From NCBI RefSeq assembly GCF_964355755.1, contig NC_092676.1, positions 29,716,871-29,780,870 of the forward strand: a stretch of 64,000 nucleotides of DNA. The letters are read 5' to 3'. The stretch's first letter is position 1, and each line of letters starts with the position of its first letter. Under the pieces are notes generated by a model. That model did not search any database, was not told where the DNA came from, and was given only the letters and a program-made list of their open reading frames with translations. This document shows, in pieces, positions 27,109 through 42,100 of the stretch. This stretch comes from Antedon mediterranea. Taxonomy: Eukaryota > Animalia > Echinodermata. Made by a program: the position numbers and the translations under genes.

Positions 27109-30100
27109 GTAAGTGCAGCATGTATATGCTATGATTTCTACTAAAGAGTCTTTCACACCTGTTCTGACACGCTTCCGGTCTGGCGCCGGAAAATCAAATC
27201 GAACAATATTTCGTTTTCACGACTAGACGCTCTATGTGCCAATCGATATGCGCGTAGCCGCACGGCGAATAAGTTTGGTTTGGTGACATTGACATAACTA
27301 CGAACTTACTATACTGTGTTTGGAGAATGTATCACTACATTAGTGTAGATAGTTAACAACTTACTATACTGTGTTTGGATAATGTATCACTAGATAGTTA
27401 ACAACTTAAATATATTTCTCTTTTCTGGGTACCTAGTTCTGTATTTCGTATGGCCCTCAGGACGAATAACAATTAACTAGCTACAAGCTCTCGACCGGGT
27501 TATCATTTTTCCTCGAATATATTTAGTACAAATATCTTTGATGATCAGTAATTGCCAATAACGCAAGACAAATGTGAGATATCTGACATGTTAGCAGACA
27601 TTATTGAGATCAATCAACGGTACGGTACGCTACTGATCAATGAGTATTATTATAAGCAAATAAAAACTGATTCAAAATATCAATTAAGTAGTGACTTATT
27701 TGGACAAGATAATTAAATCAACCGACGAATGGAATTTGCCAATATAGCTAGTTTTAAGCCGATGTTACTGCGGTAAATCCCTTTTTACAGCGTACCGTAC
27801 GATTATACCGTAACGTAAAAGCCTATGATCACTATTTGCATTATTTATTTGGTCTTTTTAAAAATGTACATAAAAAAATGAATTGGGGAGTTCAGAGTCT
27901 AGATCACTGTGGCACAACTCGCTTGCGTCTACGTCCTTGCGTTGCGTACCAGTGGGAACCAAGCTTAAACACTCGGTAATGTCGTGTTTATATGTTCATA
28001 ATTTGACAGACATTATAGTACTGTATAGTTTTAAACTTATGACCGTTGTTACGTAATGTAGTATAGTATGTGATTTATTGTATTAATCTTGAGTTAGGCC
28101 TACTATTTATAAAACGTGTATTTTATAGTTTTTACATCGTGTTATCCGATACATCAGTGTATAGAATAATACAACATTTAAGGAAGCACTAATTATGACA
28201 AAATTGTCATCTTTTTCGACATACCTTTTTTTTGTCCAATCTTTTTCAAATTGCTTGAATCATTTGACATTATCGTGACAACATATATAAACATTAATGT
28301 GAGTTACGGAACATAAAACATTCACTTTTTAGTAAATTAAAATGTCACCTTGACACTCATTATTGTTATTCGCATACTTTAAAATGAGTTTCATCTTCAA
28401 AGCAATACAGATGATGAGTTTCATCTTTAAAGCAATACAGATGATCTTCATTCAAATAATGAATTAAAGAATCCTTTTAAATCATTTATCTCGTCACAAG
28501 CAAGAATCTGCATACATTATCGATTGATTACCATCAGTCGATGAAACTTACTTATTCTATTATAACTGAATAAAGAATATGGAAAGAAAACTGTGGCTTC
28601 TTCTCTGTCTACACTATCGAACTAGTTTGACAAAAAAAATGTGATGTGACCAAATATGGTAGTGATATGCTTAAAAATGGTAGTGATATGACATCATCGT
28701 GTCCATATATGGGCACGTGACATTTTTTTGTCTTACAAAGTTTGATAGACAGAGCTTCAGAACATCAAACGTACATCTTGTTTAACTTTATTTATTATTA
28801 TTTATACGCCCACCTATGTTGTAATTTATGTTCGTTCTTTTTAATGTAATAAACATGATTTTTTAAATACTTTGCATCATAACAACTTAACTTGGAAACA
28901 AAGGTATTATCACCTCATATCCACACTGTAACCATGTATTGTTATTTTAATCATGTATTATCATTTGACTTAAAATTGAAAAGTAAAAATTATGATTTGG
29001 AATAAAGTTAAGTGAAAACTTCAGCTAAGTAACTTAAAATGATTAAATTCATTAGAAACGTACAGCACTCAACAACAACAATATAATATTCTATTCGTTG
29101 TTACAGTAATCAACAATCACTGATTATGGTTTCATTAATTATTCATAAACTGATGCTAATTAAATAAAAGCACATCTGCTTAATATATTTTGTTTGTACT
29201 TGGTCCATAATATTTCCAATTAAAAAATAACGTTATTTCCATCTCTTGTTTCGAAAACTTTTTTTTCCAACAATCTATAAACTTTTAAGCAACATCAATA
29301 ATTACAGAGTGAAATTCAATGCATTATAGTCTAGATCGGTGTCAGAATGTTAAGGTCCGAGTCCCAAAGCGACAAGAAATTCATTAGTCGAATTTATATT
29401 ATCACTACGAACTCACGCAAAGCATACTAAGTAGACTTAAGCAAGTATGTATAGGCCTCTATACTGAATTAAGTAATTCACTTTGCACAGTCCGTAGCAA
29501 GATCAAATATGAGAATTTGATTTGATTTAGTAACAAACACAGTGACACACTGATCACACTGTCGGACAGACTTTATCAAATGTTGCCAAATGTGTGCATA
29601 TTATTTTTTCCTGAAGAAAATTATACATTATCATAACTTGATATGATAAGGTCCGACGCGATGGCAAAAAGTCCGACGCGATGGTGAAGGGTCTGACGCG
29701 ATGGTGAAAGGTTTGACGCGATGGCAAAAGGTTCGACGCGATGGCAGAAGGTTTGACGCGATGGCAAAAGGTTCGACGCGACAGCGAATACAACATTCGT
29801 AATATGGTGGGTATGATCATGTAGCTATGATATAATGTGTTTGCATAATCAATATAATATATTCATAGCAACTACTCAACATCATCCCTTAATCGTTACG
29901 TATCGGAAATCTTAATCTCTTGCATTTTATCGTCTCACTTGAGGTCTGAAGGTGCATGTCTGCCAATGCAACTACGGGGAGTCATTTACAGAGAGACAGT
30001 CACGTCGCTCGTTACACAAAATACAGAATAATTAGCTGTAAAATTGGAGACAGGTGGCTAAGAGATCAAATTAATGTCAAACATAAAAATGGTTACATAA

Positions 30101-33100
30101 CAGTATTTTATGAACCTGATTCTCTGTAATGTTCTCAACATTATGTGGTAGAAAGCACTGTCAAATAACAAACGAACGTAATGTTTATATATTTATATTT
30201 TATACATAGAGTAAAGATTACTCCATGCTTTTGTATCAAAATAATGTGCGTTCAGTCACTCGAATCTTTGCTGTAAATCCATATATATGGTATTATGTGT
30301 TCAGTATCATAGGCAGATTATGTAATACAGTGTCATACGTATCACATGTTATGGCTAGTGTTGCTTTGATGGTATATGACACTATATTACTGCATTGGAT
30401 AAATTTTAGATACAGCGACTGAAAATCAGCTAAAATATGAACAATTGATTAGAGTATTGCCCTTTTGTTCAAAAGTCTTTTGTGATTCAAAGTTTTTCGC
30501 AGAGATATTTACTGTTTTCTCGAAAACATTGTTGTCATTTATGTAAACATTTATTAAAAAAACCGGCATTCGACAGTGCCCGAAACATACCGAAATAAAC
30601 AATATAATCTTATCAATATAAAAAAATGAATTTAGTTTTAGCCTATAGTTCGTGGTAAGTTGCTATGGTAATCGTTGAGAGTAAGATTTGTTTTGCTAGC
30701 CTCGGGTTACGTCAACATGACGTAATGAATGAACGTTGTAATTGATGGACTCAGCCAAAAGCCATGCAATATCAATTCGCGTAAAATGAAATAAAATAAT
30801 GATACTTGATTTCAGGCGAATTAAGCAGAGTGGGTAAATTGATTTTTATATTGAGGGCGCTATTTTACAATTGCATTTTTAAAGGGGGGTTCCGGGTTTA
30901 AAATGAATAGTAAAAAATGTAAAATATATTTGTTTGTCTCTTGAACGGTAAAAGTTTCAATTTATATAAGCGCCCAGTGAAGCAGAACGAAGGCTGTGAA
31001 ATGAGGCCAGATTACAAGTGCAGCTACGGCAAAATCACACTGTGGTTACAGAATACGAAATTCGTGAAATGGTCAATCTTCCGACGACTCGTTATCATTA
31101 ACCATATCAATTACTTTTGTAAAATTATACTTATCTTATGTAATTTTAGTCGGTCTTCCCATTTATAAAATCAATTTTCTATGAAAATCCATCAAAACAG
31201 TGAAAAATTAGATAAGTTTGCACTTTACGTTTGCCGATTTTCGCACTGACTTAGGGAAAGCCTTCAAAATCAATGAAGCGTAACGTATACAATCCTGCAC
31301 CACCTGATGAGCGAGGAGAGCGAGATGACGATGGTGACTACTTCTTCGCATGCAGCTAAAGTAAAATGACGTCACCTTAAAGCGTGTCGTCACAGAGTCT
31401 CATGCATATGCAAAAGAATGTTTTCTCTCTGCTTCTTGATTGCGCGATGATGATTTTACAAATGTTTTCAATAATTCCGATATTGTTCCTGATAACAAAG
31501 AAGCAGATGAAATATAGTTTTTTATTTGACCCATTTGGCTTAGATGCCTAGCTAGGCCTAGGCTAGAAAGACTTTCTATGATACTAGTACTACCTCCTCA
31601 CTAGCGGCTTAACTAACGTAAAATACAGTTTAGAGTAGTACCCACTACTATCACTTATCAGGCCTCCATATCCTCATTCATCGTTCCGCGAGGCATCGTG
31701 CAGATGTACACTAACCCAGCATACTAGCTACACTTCCCACCCACCCCTAGCTCTAGCTAGGTATGCACGTGCGCTGCCACCTAGGCCTAGCCTATTTCGG
31801 GTCTCATGTCTTGCAGCATTTGAAAATACTGTACATACTAATATTAATAATACTCAGCTGTACATTATTATTATTTTGTATTCGCACTGGAAGTATCTAG
31901 GCGTTAAATTCAATATATTATTTATTATCCTCAGCAGTGAAAACAAATATATTTTGTTGTATATGCCATACTGATTTTAATTGTCAAAAACATGATCGTC
32001 AGTCGATGATGGGCTCGGGAGTTTCGATAAATCTCGCGTCGCGTGTGTGGGGTGGGTACGTGTGGTGGAAAACACTCTCAGCAAGTTTGCTTCATTAATA
32101 TGCATGAGACTCTGTGACGACACACTTTAACGTGACGTCATTTTACTTTAGCTGCATGCGAAGAAGTAGTCACCGATGACGATACACGTGCTCTCTCTGC
32201 CCATGCCTGGCATCGTCACGTGATAAGCAGATACAGTATACAATACCAAACTGGTCGGGTCGAGTATACCCCGTCTATATCACAACATGAACGATGTACA
32301 GTATTTGATTGAAGGTCGACTCAACCTACCGGAATGGTATAGATAATATAGCTCGAATGAGAGAGTTGGAATATTTGTAAACATAAGTACAGTATTGCTA
32401 ATTTTAACAAGTGTAGCCTATATAGTAAAAGGCCTGGTAGTATCAATTCGCATAGGGTCTACTACACTAGCTAGCTCAATTTTTAACTGGGCCGGATCGG
32501 CTAGGCTAGGCTAGCTAGGTCTCCTTCCTACTACCGGTCTACTTGCTTGATGCAGTATCCGCTTTTTTGGAGAGTAAACTAACTAGGCCTACTTATTAGA
32601 TGTGCGGACGGCGATCGGACCTTGTTTTGCCTCATTATTTACAGCCGATTTTTGTAGAACGTTTTAGGTTTAGGCCTAGATTGTTTAGGAGTTTGGTTGA
32701 TAGGATGGGTTTGGAATCCACTGAGTTTTGTTATTTATGGGCCAATCGTTTAGTAATAGGCTAGCTAGGCCCATGAATGATGGCCCCAATGCAATATTTT
32801 AACGTAGCCATCGTGGCATGGAATCCCTAGTCAGAATTGGCTCTCACCCCGGCATGAATAAAATGATTTAGGCTAGGCCTAGCCTACTAGTACGTGAAGC
32901 CGATATACGATCTGTACTATTAATTCGAGGTATAAAAATAGTATAATTTATGACTCCGTAATCTGTACTAAATTTTGTATTTCATTAAATGTCAAATAAA
33001 TATATGCTACTACTGTTATTATTACACTTTAGGCCTAGCTTAGCAAATCTACAAAAAAATGTATTTCACAATGATCGGGTGGTCATCGTTTGACAGAGGA

Positions 33101-36100
33101 GAGAGAACATAACGTACAAGCTTGACGTCGCGAGTTTGGAATCCACTGATGACGTGATTTTGTGAATATCTCATGAATATTAATGAGCTTCCCTAAGCTG
33201 CTGAAAAACAGACTTTCCATGAATTTACCCTAAAATGTATATGAAATTTAATTTTTTTAATTTCTCGTTATTACTTCTTCATTCTGACATGTCTATATTG
33301 TTATAATATTTTTTATTTAATAAATAAACGATATTTAAAAGCAATTTTAAACCCAGAATCCCCCTTTAAGAACAAATCCCCACTTTTTCCCATTTTAATA
33401 AGGTTCTTTGTTCCATACACATTGTATACAATGTACTGGGTTTTAACTTATTTGAAAAAAGGGGGTCGGAGTGTTCTTTGCCAAGTAGGCCTATATAATA
33501 AGCTTACCACTATAGTGTATTTCCTTACACGTTTAAATAAATAGCTACATCACTACGTTATTCTGAACATTTAACCCTATCCAAAACGACTATATTTTTT
33601 TCAAATGCTATATAATTATATTCAAATGTTTAATGAATGAGGTACTGGGAATTTAATAGATTTGACATTATAGACATGTATTGATATGCGCATAATTTTA
33701 TTGATTTTAGAAATACATTTTGCAAGATAATGATGTTACCTTGGATTAATTATACTTGTTGCCGCGTTGATAATTACAAAATTGCTCGATTATCCTAATA
33801 AAAGAACTGTAATTATAGATTTCTATCTCATTATTATAAACGTGAAAATAAGTATCACGTTTGGATGTAAATTATGATCATACTTAAGTTTGGTTGCCAC
33901 TGAATTGCTGCGCAAGGACGTAAGTGCAACGAAAGTAATTTGACCAGTCACGACACTGGATCACCCGAACTGACTTGTGATTGGTCAACTCCATTGCACG
34001 TTCGTCACTGAGTTGCGTGCTCTAATTTGACCAATCACGACGCAATGCCAAACCCCTCAAACTGGCTTGTGATTGGTCAACGCCGTTGTGCGTTCGCCAC
34101 TGCGTTGCGTCCTAGTGCTTAAACTGCTGAAAGAAGAAGGGAGACAATTTTCAATTGGTCATCACCATGAATCATGATGCAATTTGCGAATCGAGTCATC
34201 GAACATGAGTAAAGGTAACATTAATGTCATTATCTGCTGGAAGGCTCTAGTTATTTGAGAATGAAAGTCAACTAAGCTCATTGAACCTAATAACCTTTGT
34301 TTAATTAGCCATTACGACATCAAGAACCAACAAGCATTCCTGATTGGCTACCATTATTGTGTATTTCATTTCTCTTGGTATTTGCCATTAATTTCCCACG
34401 TGGCGTATTTGTGTTAGGTACTTAAAATTGTCCATTTAAACATAGACGGAAGTGATATTCCTCTCGTGATGATAGTAGGCCTAAGTAAATAATAAATACT
34501 TTTCAGTTACTTGCTTCTAACCACGCTTAACAGTAGCACTGAGTTTTCTTTTTTCAATAAATCGAAGAAAAGTACAAATACAAAGTATAGCACTTCCTAC
34601 TATGACGTTTTGCAAACCTTTAGTCTACTTGAAAAATGAAATTTCTTAATTATTTCTTCACACTTTATTTAATTTGTTAAAACCATTTCGATTTTTTTTT
34701 TATGATTCGTGTGAATCTTTATTCAGATGTGTTTTATTTATTTTACAGTACTTGTCTCTCCTAAGGGAGGTGAATAAATTTGAATTTGATTTTAATTAAA
34801 CTTTACTTAACAGTGTTCTTACGACTATAGGCCTAAATAACAGATTAACTCGAAAGAAACCATAGATTAGACAGATATTTATGAAGGTACTAGTTGCAAG
34901 ACTAGACTATAAAAAATAAACAATGTTGTTTGCTGATGCAGCAGCAATAGTGATAGTAAGTTAAAGAGAACAAAAAGTGTTTTAAAGATGTTAAATGTTA
35001 CTGTTTTATACTTTTACACTTTTTTCCATATTTTAGTCTGTTTATGTATCTTTTAATCGGATTTGCTGATAACCGACATTTCTTTGTTTTTGACGAAGAC
35101 AAATATATTTCTTGTATCTTGTATCTTAGAAAACAAACTAACTAATCAAACTTGTGTAATAGTTGGTGATGATGAAGTAGTATGACATGACGTTGTCAGC
35201 GGGTTGCAACTTTACTCGACGTCTCATAATTAAAACATGTCTTCTAATTTTGTATTTAGTCTGATTTATTTTTGTTGAAAGACAACAAAAACAAACGTAG
35301 CGCACGAGAACGGTTCGTCTTTCAGTCTCTTACAATCTAAATTGACTCCTAAGTGTTTGTACAACTGTACTGAGTCGCTAGAATGTTTTCCAATTTAGAA
35401 CTGTCATTATTATATTTCAAAGCACAACATTCAGTTATTAAGTTCATTCTTATTGGCACGTGGCCTAGCACATGTCATTAAATTTCCAAATTAGATTTGT
35501 AATAATATTTAGATATGACATAATGGTATTTCTATTGGTATTTTGTTTTTATAACATTTATGTCGTAACCACCGATTTTGAATTTCAATTTTCCGCCTTT
35601 TTTTTTTCAATTTCTAAATTAATTTAACGATACATGTAAGCTATCTTCCGATAATAATAAATGCGTTCTGCAATTCTTTATCCTAAAACTGTCGTAATTT
35701 TAAGTACAACAATGATATAAATCTTAGTTGGCGCCGGTCTATGTCGTCGGAAACGAAATGACCAACAACTACCCACACAAATGGAAACGAGATCTAATTA
35801 GACATAAAAAACGAATAGCCTATGGAAGTAATAAATAGTTTTATTTTAATACAACCGTATAGCACTCTACCTTCTGGAGAGGGCACATAACTTAACGTGA
35901 GCGCGTGCACACATTCTGATGACGTACCATTTTAATACAACCGTAATAGCAATATACTTTCTGGAGAGGGCACATAACTTAACGCGGGCGCATGCACAAA
36001 TTATGACGACGTACCATACTTTTGTGTACGCGTTCGTAAATTTGAAAACACTTGTCAACAGTGAATTTAGTAAACAAAATATTAATTTAGAAATAATAAA

Positions 36101-39100
36101 AATATAATATGCTATAATTCGTATAGGTTAATTTTCAAAATGTCAATACTATTTAAGTATAATAATGTTGGGTTACTCGGTTGGTCTGGTTTTGTTCTAT
36201 CCATTTTGCAATTTATATTTGTAGTCAAAATAAAGATCTCCATAATTAAAATTGTCTGTAAGAAATAAAGTTTAATTCAATTTAGTTTCAATTTACATTG
36301 AACAAAATAAACCTTCGACAATCATAAAGTTTTTAAAATAAGATTTCTGTTCACGAAAAGTAGAGCAGCATTTTGAGAATTGTAATGTGTGTTTGGAATG
36401 TGTTAATGTTATCCACGGGAACGGTACATTTATCATATTATATGGATATGATTAATTGGTAAATTCTTGCTATTAACAAGATGTGCAGTGAAGCGTGTCA
36501 TCAATTCTCACGTCAATCACTCTGCTGAGAGAGGTCTTTTAGAAGCACCTTTTTGGTACTGTCCTAGTTTCTTTGCCAAATACGAATATCCCGTATGTTG
36601 TCTTATATTAACCTATTAGCCTTCCAAGTATCTCAACCATTTGTCTGCAGTTTCACTTCGATTTTAATTGAACTCGTATTTTATATAAAATAAAACAATA
36701 AATAATGATTGAATGCTCTTGGCTGAGTGAATGTATCTTAATGTATTCATTAACTTTCTACAGATCTGTTTGTCAAATGAAACAAACTTTCTTCATCTAT
36801 TTCATTCAAACCTTTTAATTCCTTGAGCTTTTTTCTATTGATTTACATAATTGTTTTTGTATTTTGGATTTTATAATTGATAAATGAACACTTTGATTTG
36901 AGTTTTTAATACTGATGTTGTAATTTGTGTTCATTATTTTGTCTTTTTGCAGCATGTGAACTTCTAAATAAAGGCGTTGTTGCAGTTTTTGCACCCCAAT
37001 CGAGTGCCGGCGCTGTTGCCGTTGAATCTGTGTGCAGTTCCTTTTCTGTTCCAATAATTGAGTGTCGGTGGGACTATCAACGACGGCATAATTATGCTTC
37101 GTTCAATTTATATCCACAACACAATTTGTTAGGCCAAGCTTTAAAAGACTTAGCACAATATTTCAAGATGACAAAAATAGCAATTTTGTACCAGTACGAT
37201 GAAGGTAAGGACATTTATGTTAGCAATTCTTTAAGAGCGCCACTAGCGTCTTGATTGTTGTTTGTATCTTTTAGCTCAAAATACGTATGACAAGCCATGT
37301 GTGCCAATTTTGTTTTATTAATATTAGCGTAACACAAAATTGGCACGCGCGTGAAATGCCGTACCATTTTCAACAGTATTTAAACGCACATCGTCCGTTA
37401 AGTGATGTCATACAAATTATGCGCGCGCCAAAAAAAAAAAACAAAAAAAAAACCCCCAGAGGAATACAGGCCTCTACAAAATCAGTAGTAAATGCTATTT
37501 AACCTTTTTTCAGGATTAGTTAGACTTCAAGAATTACTGACCGTTTGTAATTTCAAACAAGGTCAAGTGATTATTAAGAAAATGATGGGACCTGATTTTA
37601 GACAGTTACTGCAAGAAATAAAACGATCTGGAATATCAAACATAATAGTGGATTGTGACGACGAAACTCTTCCATTGTTTTTAAATCAGGTAATGTACAA
37701 TGTTATTTATTTACTTTTTATTTAATATTCATATTAATAAAAAAACACAAATTGACAAATTAATTCTATAGATAATTTATGATCTCAACAACAAATAATA
37801 AAAGATTATAAAATATGTTTGGAGATTATTCAAATGACGGTTCCTTCAAAGTATCGTGTAGACAATCTTTTAAAACCTATTCAGTGGTGGTAAAATAAAC
37901 AGAGTGTATTAAAATGGAATATATATATATAAATGTCTGTAGCAACAATTTTTGTTTGTTTTGTAATTTAGACTATGCAGGTTCAGATGCTTCGCTACGA
38001 ATTCCACTATGTATTTACATCACTGGTAAGTTACATCAACAAATTATCCATCATGATATAGACGCACTCAATCACTTTGAACGCATTGTCGTAATTGTTG
38101 GAAACATCTATCACTTTGTATTCATTATACTTCAGTTTATAGTTGTTTACTACAGTAGTATGTTTTGATATCATTATGCACATTGATGAGCTGCTTCTAA
38201 GAATGGCGGAGAATACGTCAGTAAACTCATACATTATTATAACAATAATACCGCAGGTATCTCACAATCGTGACGCTACTAAAAAAAATACACGCAAGCT
38301 GAGACGCGCGCGTTCAAAATACGTCATATACGTCATGTATCTTCTGTGAAGCACGTTGTTTTTAACGCGTCCATCATAACAAATAGTTTCATAATGCTAA
38401 CTCCTCGTCAATGAACACGCGATGTTTACTGATATGTCCCACTTAACAAATATATTTATATAACAGATATAGATATCAACATGTCTTACTCTGGTCAAAT
38501 AAATGACCAGAAGCCTGGACATGCTTCACCGTCATGTGCTCTTTGGCATTTGGTTTAACAGCTAACACCAACATGACATGATATGGAAAGTAGCCGGTCC
38601 AGCTGTCGTGGTATACGTTTAGGATATTCTTTTTTGTCCTATTATTCAAGGCCTGTTTTATTTGTTCAGTTGCCGCGTTTACAGGACATCCATAGATTGA
38701 AGTGACATATACCCTCTGACATTCACAATTGGATAAGATAACTCATTAACACCCATCTTGACGACAATCGTAGAAGTTGTTGATTTACTTGTACATACAG
38801 GGCTATACGCTTATTATTTTTGTTTGACAAAGACAAACTACATTTTAGTTTCTGTCGTTATTCGGCTCCTCCTCAGTCTACCATCTTCCTTTCTGTTCGC
38901 ATTATATTCCCCACCTCCCACCCCCCCCCCCCCGCCAACGTTTATGCTAGAAATCACGAATGATATCAAAGCAAAGAGTGAATATTATACATGACAAAAA
39001 TTAATTATGGCATAAATTAAATCTTATCTTACAGCGGGCGCTATGCAAGAGTATTATGTACCCATTTATTTATTTACTATTTTTGACGTCATTAATACAT

Positions 39101-42100
39101 TGTTTTCCGGTGTCCAGTTATTAGGTTTATTTATTGTTTGTTTTTAATTTGTTTAGAATATGCATATGATTGATATGAGTTTATATGCGGGAGATAACGT
39201 AAATATTTCAAGTTTTCGACTTCTTGATGACGACAATAAAGATGTTGAAGAAGTGATTCAAAAGTGGAAGAGAGAGCATTACCAGACAAGTATGTCGGTA
39301 AGTTGTTGCCAATCTACTGTCCATTTCTGTTTTTCATGTGCTGCTTCTTTTTATAATCAATAAAATACATTTGCACCTGTTTGTGGTGATTTTTCTTTAC
39401 CGGTATTTGCGTTTTATATGAGCATATTTAGTATTTTTTTTAAAGATAATTTTTTGTTGTTGATCCAACAGATCGAATGTACTAAAATGGTACAGTACTT
39501 ACAATATTATATAATCCAAATGAACTTATTTCAATAGCATTTATGTAGCTACTACATTATTACTATGATATCACCGATATCCAACTAATAACATAACAAA
39601 CATTGTATATCAAGTGCAATTTTCTGTTTTAAGTGTCTAACTGTTTGTGTCTACAAAAAACGTAAAAACAATTAAAATAAAGCTCTGTCTACACTATTAA
39701 AATGTATGAGACAAAGAAAATATGATGTGCCCATATATGGACGATGTGACATGATGTCACACCACTACCATATTTAGGCACATCACTACCATATTTGGGC
39801 ACATCACACTATTTTTTGTCAAACTAGTTTGATAGTGTGGACAGAGCTTAAGACTCACTCACCTCTTGTATTTATCTTCATGCTGTTATGCGTCCTTATG
39901 CTGTGTATTCTTGATACATGGCACCTAGATGCAGAGACATATAATCCATTTAAAATCCAGTATAACTAGATTCACATATTCAAGAAGTAATCAGTTGTTA
40001 TACGTATCCAGCCATATACAGTATGTTATACATCCATATTCTAATACTATCATCATACATAGAATGTATTGCTCGTCTGTTGTGAAATGACAATACAAAT
40101 TCACTTGTCCTCCCCTGATCCAACATATATAATGCCCATTATTGCTCGTCGTATGTTTCTGTCCCCTGGTTTACTTACGTTTTATCCAGGTGGTGGGGAA
40201 CAAGCTATAAATTTACATAATGCATACGTCATGCTTACTTAAGCATTGTTGTTATGTGAAACAATTACACACATTAAAATATTAATTAATGGTGTATTGC
40301 TGAAGCAAAATGATATTTGGACCCGTCTTATTTCGAATTCACGTTTCCAAAATGAGTTATTTACAGCAACAAAAAAAGATGGGGTTTTTTTGGTGAATTT
40401 TTTAGACGAAAGCGGCATTGATATATGATGGGGTAATGTTGATAGCTGAAGCGTTACGAGATCGGGAAAACATGATTGTGCCACAAAACCTGGACTGTAA
40501 ATCTGATGAAACGTGGGAACATGGTGAAACTATGGCCGATTCTATAGAAATGGTAAACACTATTTTTATTTTGTATTTCAACAATGTTTATAGAGGGTGA
40601 TCCTTCCAGTTTCCTCGCAGAGGAGCTGATATCCAGGGGACCTGATGTCCAGGGGAGCTGATATCTAGGGGCCCTGATATCTAGGTATCTGATATCAAGG
40701 GGACTTGATATCCAGGGGCCCTGATATGCAGGGGAGCTGATATCCAGGGGAGCTGATATCCAGGGAAGCTGATATCCAGGGGAGCTGATATCCAAGGGCC
40801 CTGATATTCAGGGGACTTGATATCCAGGGGAGCTGATATTCAGGGCCCTGATATCCAGAGGAGCTGATATTCAGGGCCCTGATATTCAGGGTCTTCTATT
40901 ATTCAATTAAAAATACAAAAATTACAATCACAAAAAGTACATTCAAAAGAGAGACAATACAAGCAAATAGATTATTATTAAAGACACATGACATTTTCAC
41001 TAAATACATTTTTTTAAATAGATAATTGATAAACGCATTGAAACTATTTTTGTTTAACAATTTATAAAATCAATTTAGACACATACAAAATAAACGACAC
41101 ATTTAACTGAAAACACATCAATTGAAATTAACACATTATAACATTTATGTATTTTCTGAAATTGACTTGCCAGTTTGCGTTTCCTTCCAATATGGTTAGA
41201 CCTATATTTCCAAAATTTGCGCACATTTAATGTGTTAAAACGGTGTTTGCGTGCCATAGACGAAAACACTGATGAAATGTCAATTCGTTAATGTGTTAAT
41301 GCGGTGTTTGCGTGCCATAGACGAAAACGCTGATGGACTGTCAATTCGTTTTTTTTCTTCTTTAGGCGACATTTGCATCGTCTCCATTTTCAACATTAAC
41401 TGGAAAGTTAGCTTTTGATGTCGACATGGAAGGAGTCCGTGAAAACATTACGTTTATATACAATCAATTATCGGGTGGGGTAATGGCAAAGGTATGTTCC
41501 TTTAAATTATATTCCTTTATTTATATTATTTTAAGGAGATTCTTGCATATTTCAAAGCGACAAGATTTTCCCATGGGATTTCCTAAAGGATCTAAAGGGG
41601 AAATCCCATTTATGTTTTGTGACATCTCTCGACCAACCCATATTCAGGGGACACCCAATTAATGCTTATTAAGGTATTCCATTATGTATTTTCATGGAAA
41701 CTACCCGACTAAGACAAACTTTGAAACCGAATCATAAATACCCGTCCAAAGGTGTCTCCCTCCTTTATTTTGTTTGTAGTAATCGTAGCTGTGTTTACGT
41801 GGGACCCGGCCAAAGGTGTGTCCCTCCTTTATTTTGTTTGTAGTAATCGTAGCTGTGTTTACGTGGGACCCGGCCAAAGGTGTGTCCCTCCTTTACTTTG
41901 TTTGTAGTAATCGTAGCTGTGTTTACGTGGGACCCGTCCAAAGGTGTCTCCCTCCTTTATTCTGTTTGTAGTAATCGTAGCTGTGTTTACGTGGGACCCG
42001 TCCAAAGGTGTCTCCCTCCTTTATTCTGTTTGTAGTAATCGTAGCTGTGTTTACGTGGGACCCGGCTAAAGGTGTGTTCCTCCTTTACTTTGTTTGTAGT

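Noticed and set aside
40454-40795. Repetitive 113-aa ORF (likewise ORFs at 25132, 29554 and 60873)
   Set aside because: Products of tandem repeats with no splice or homology support.
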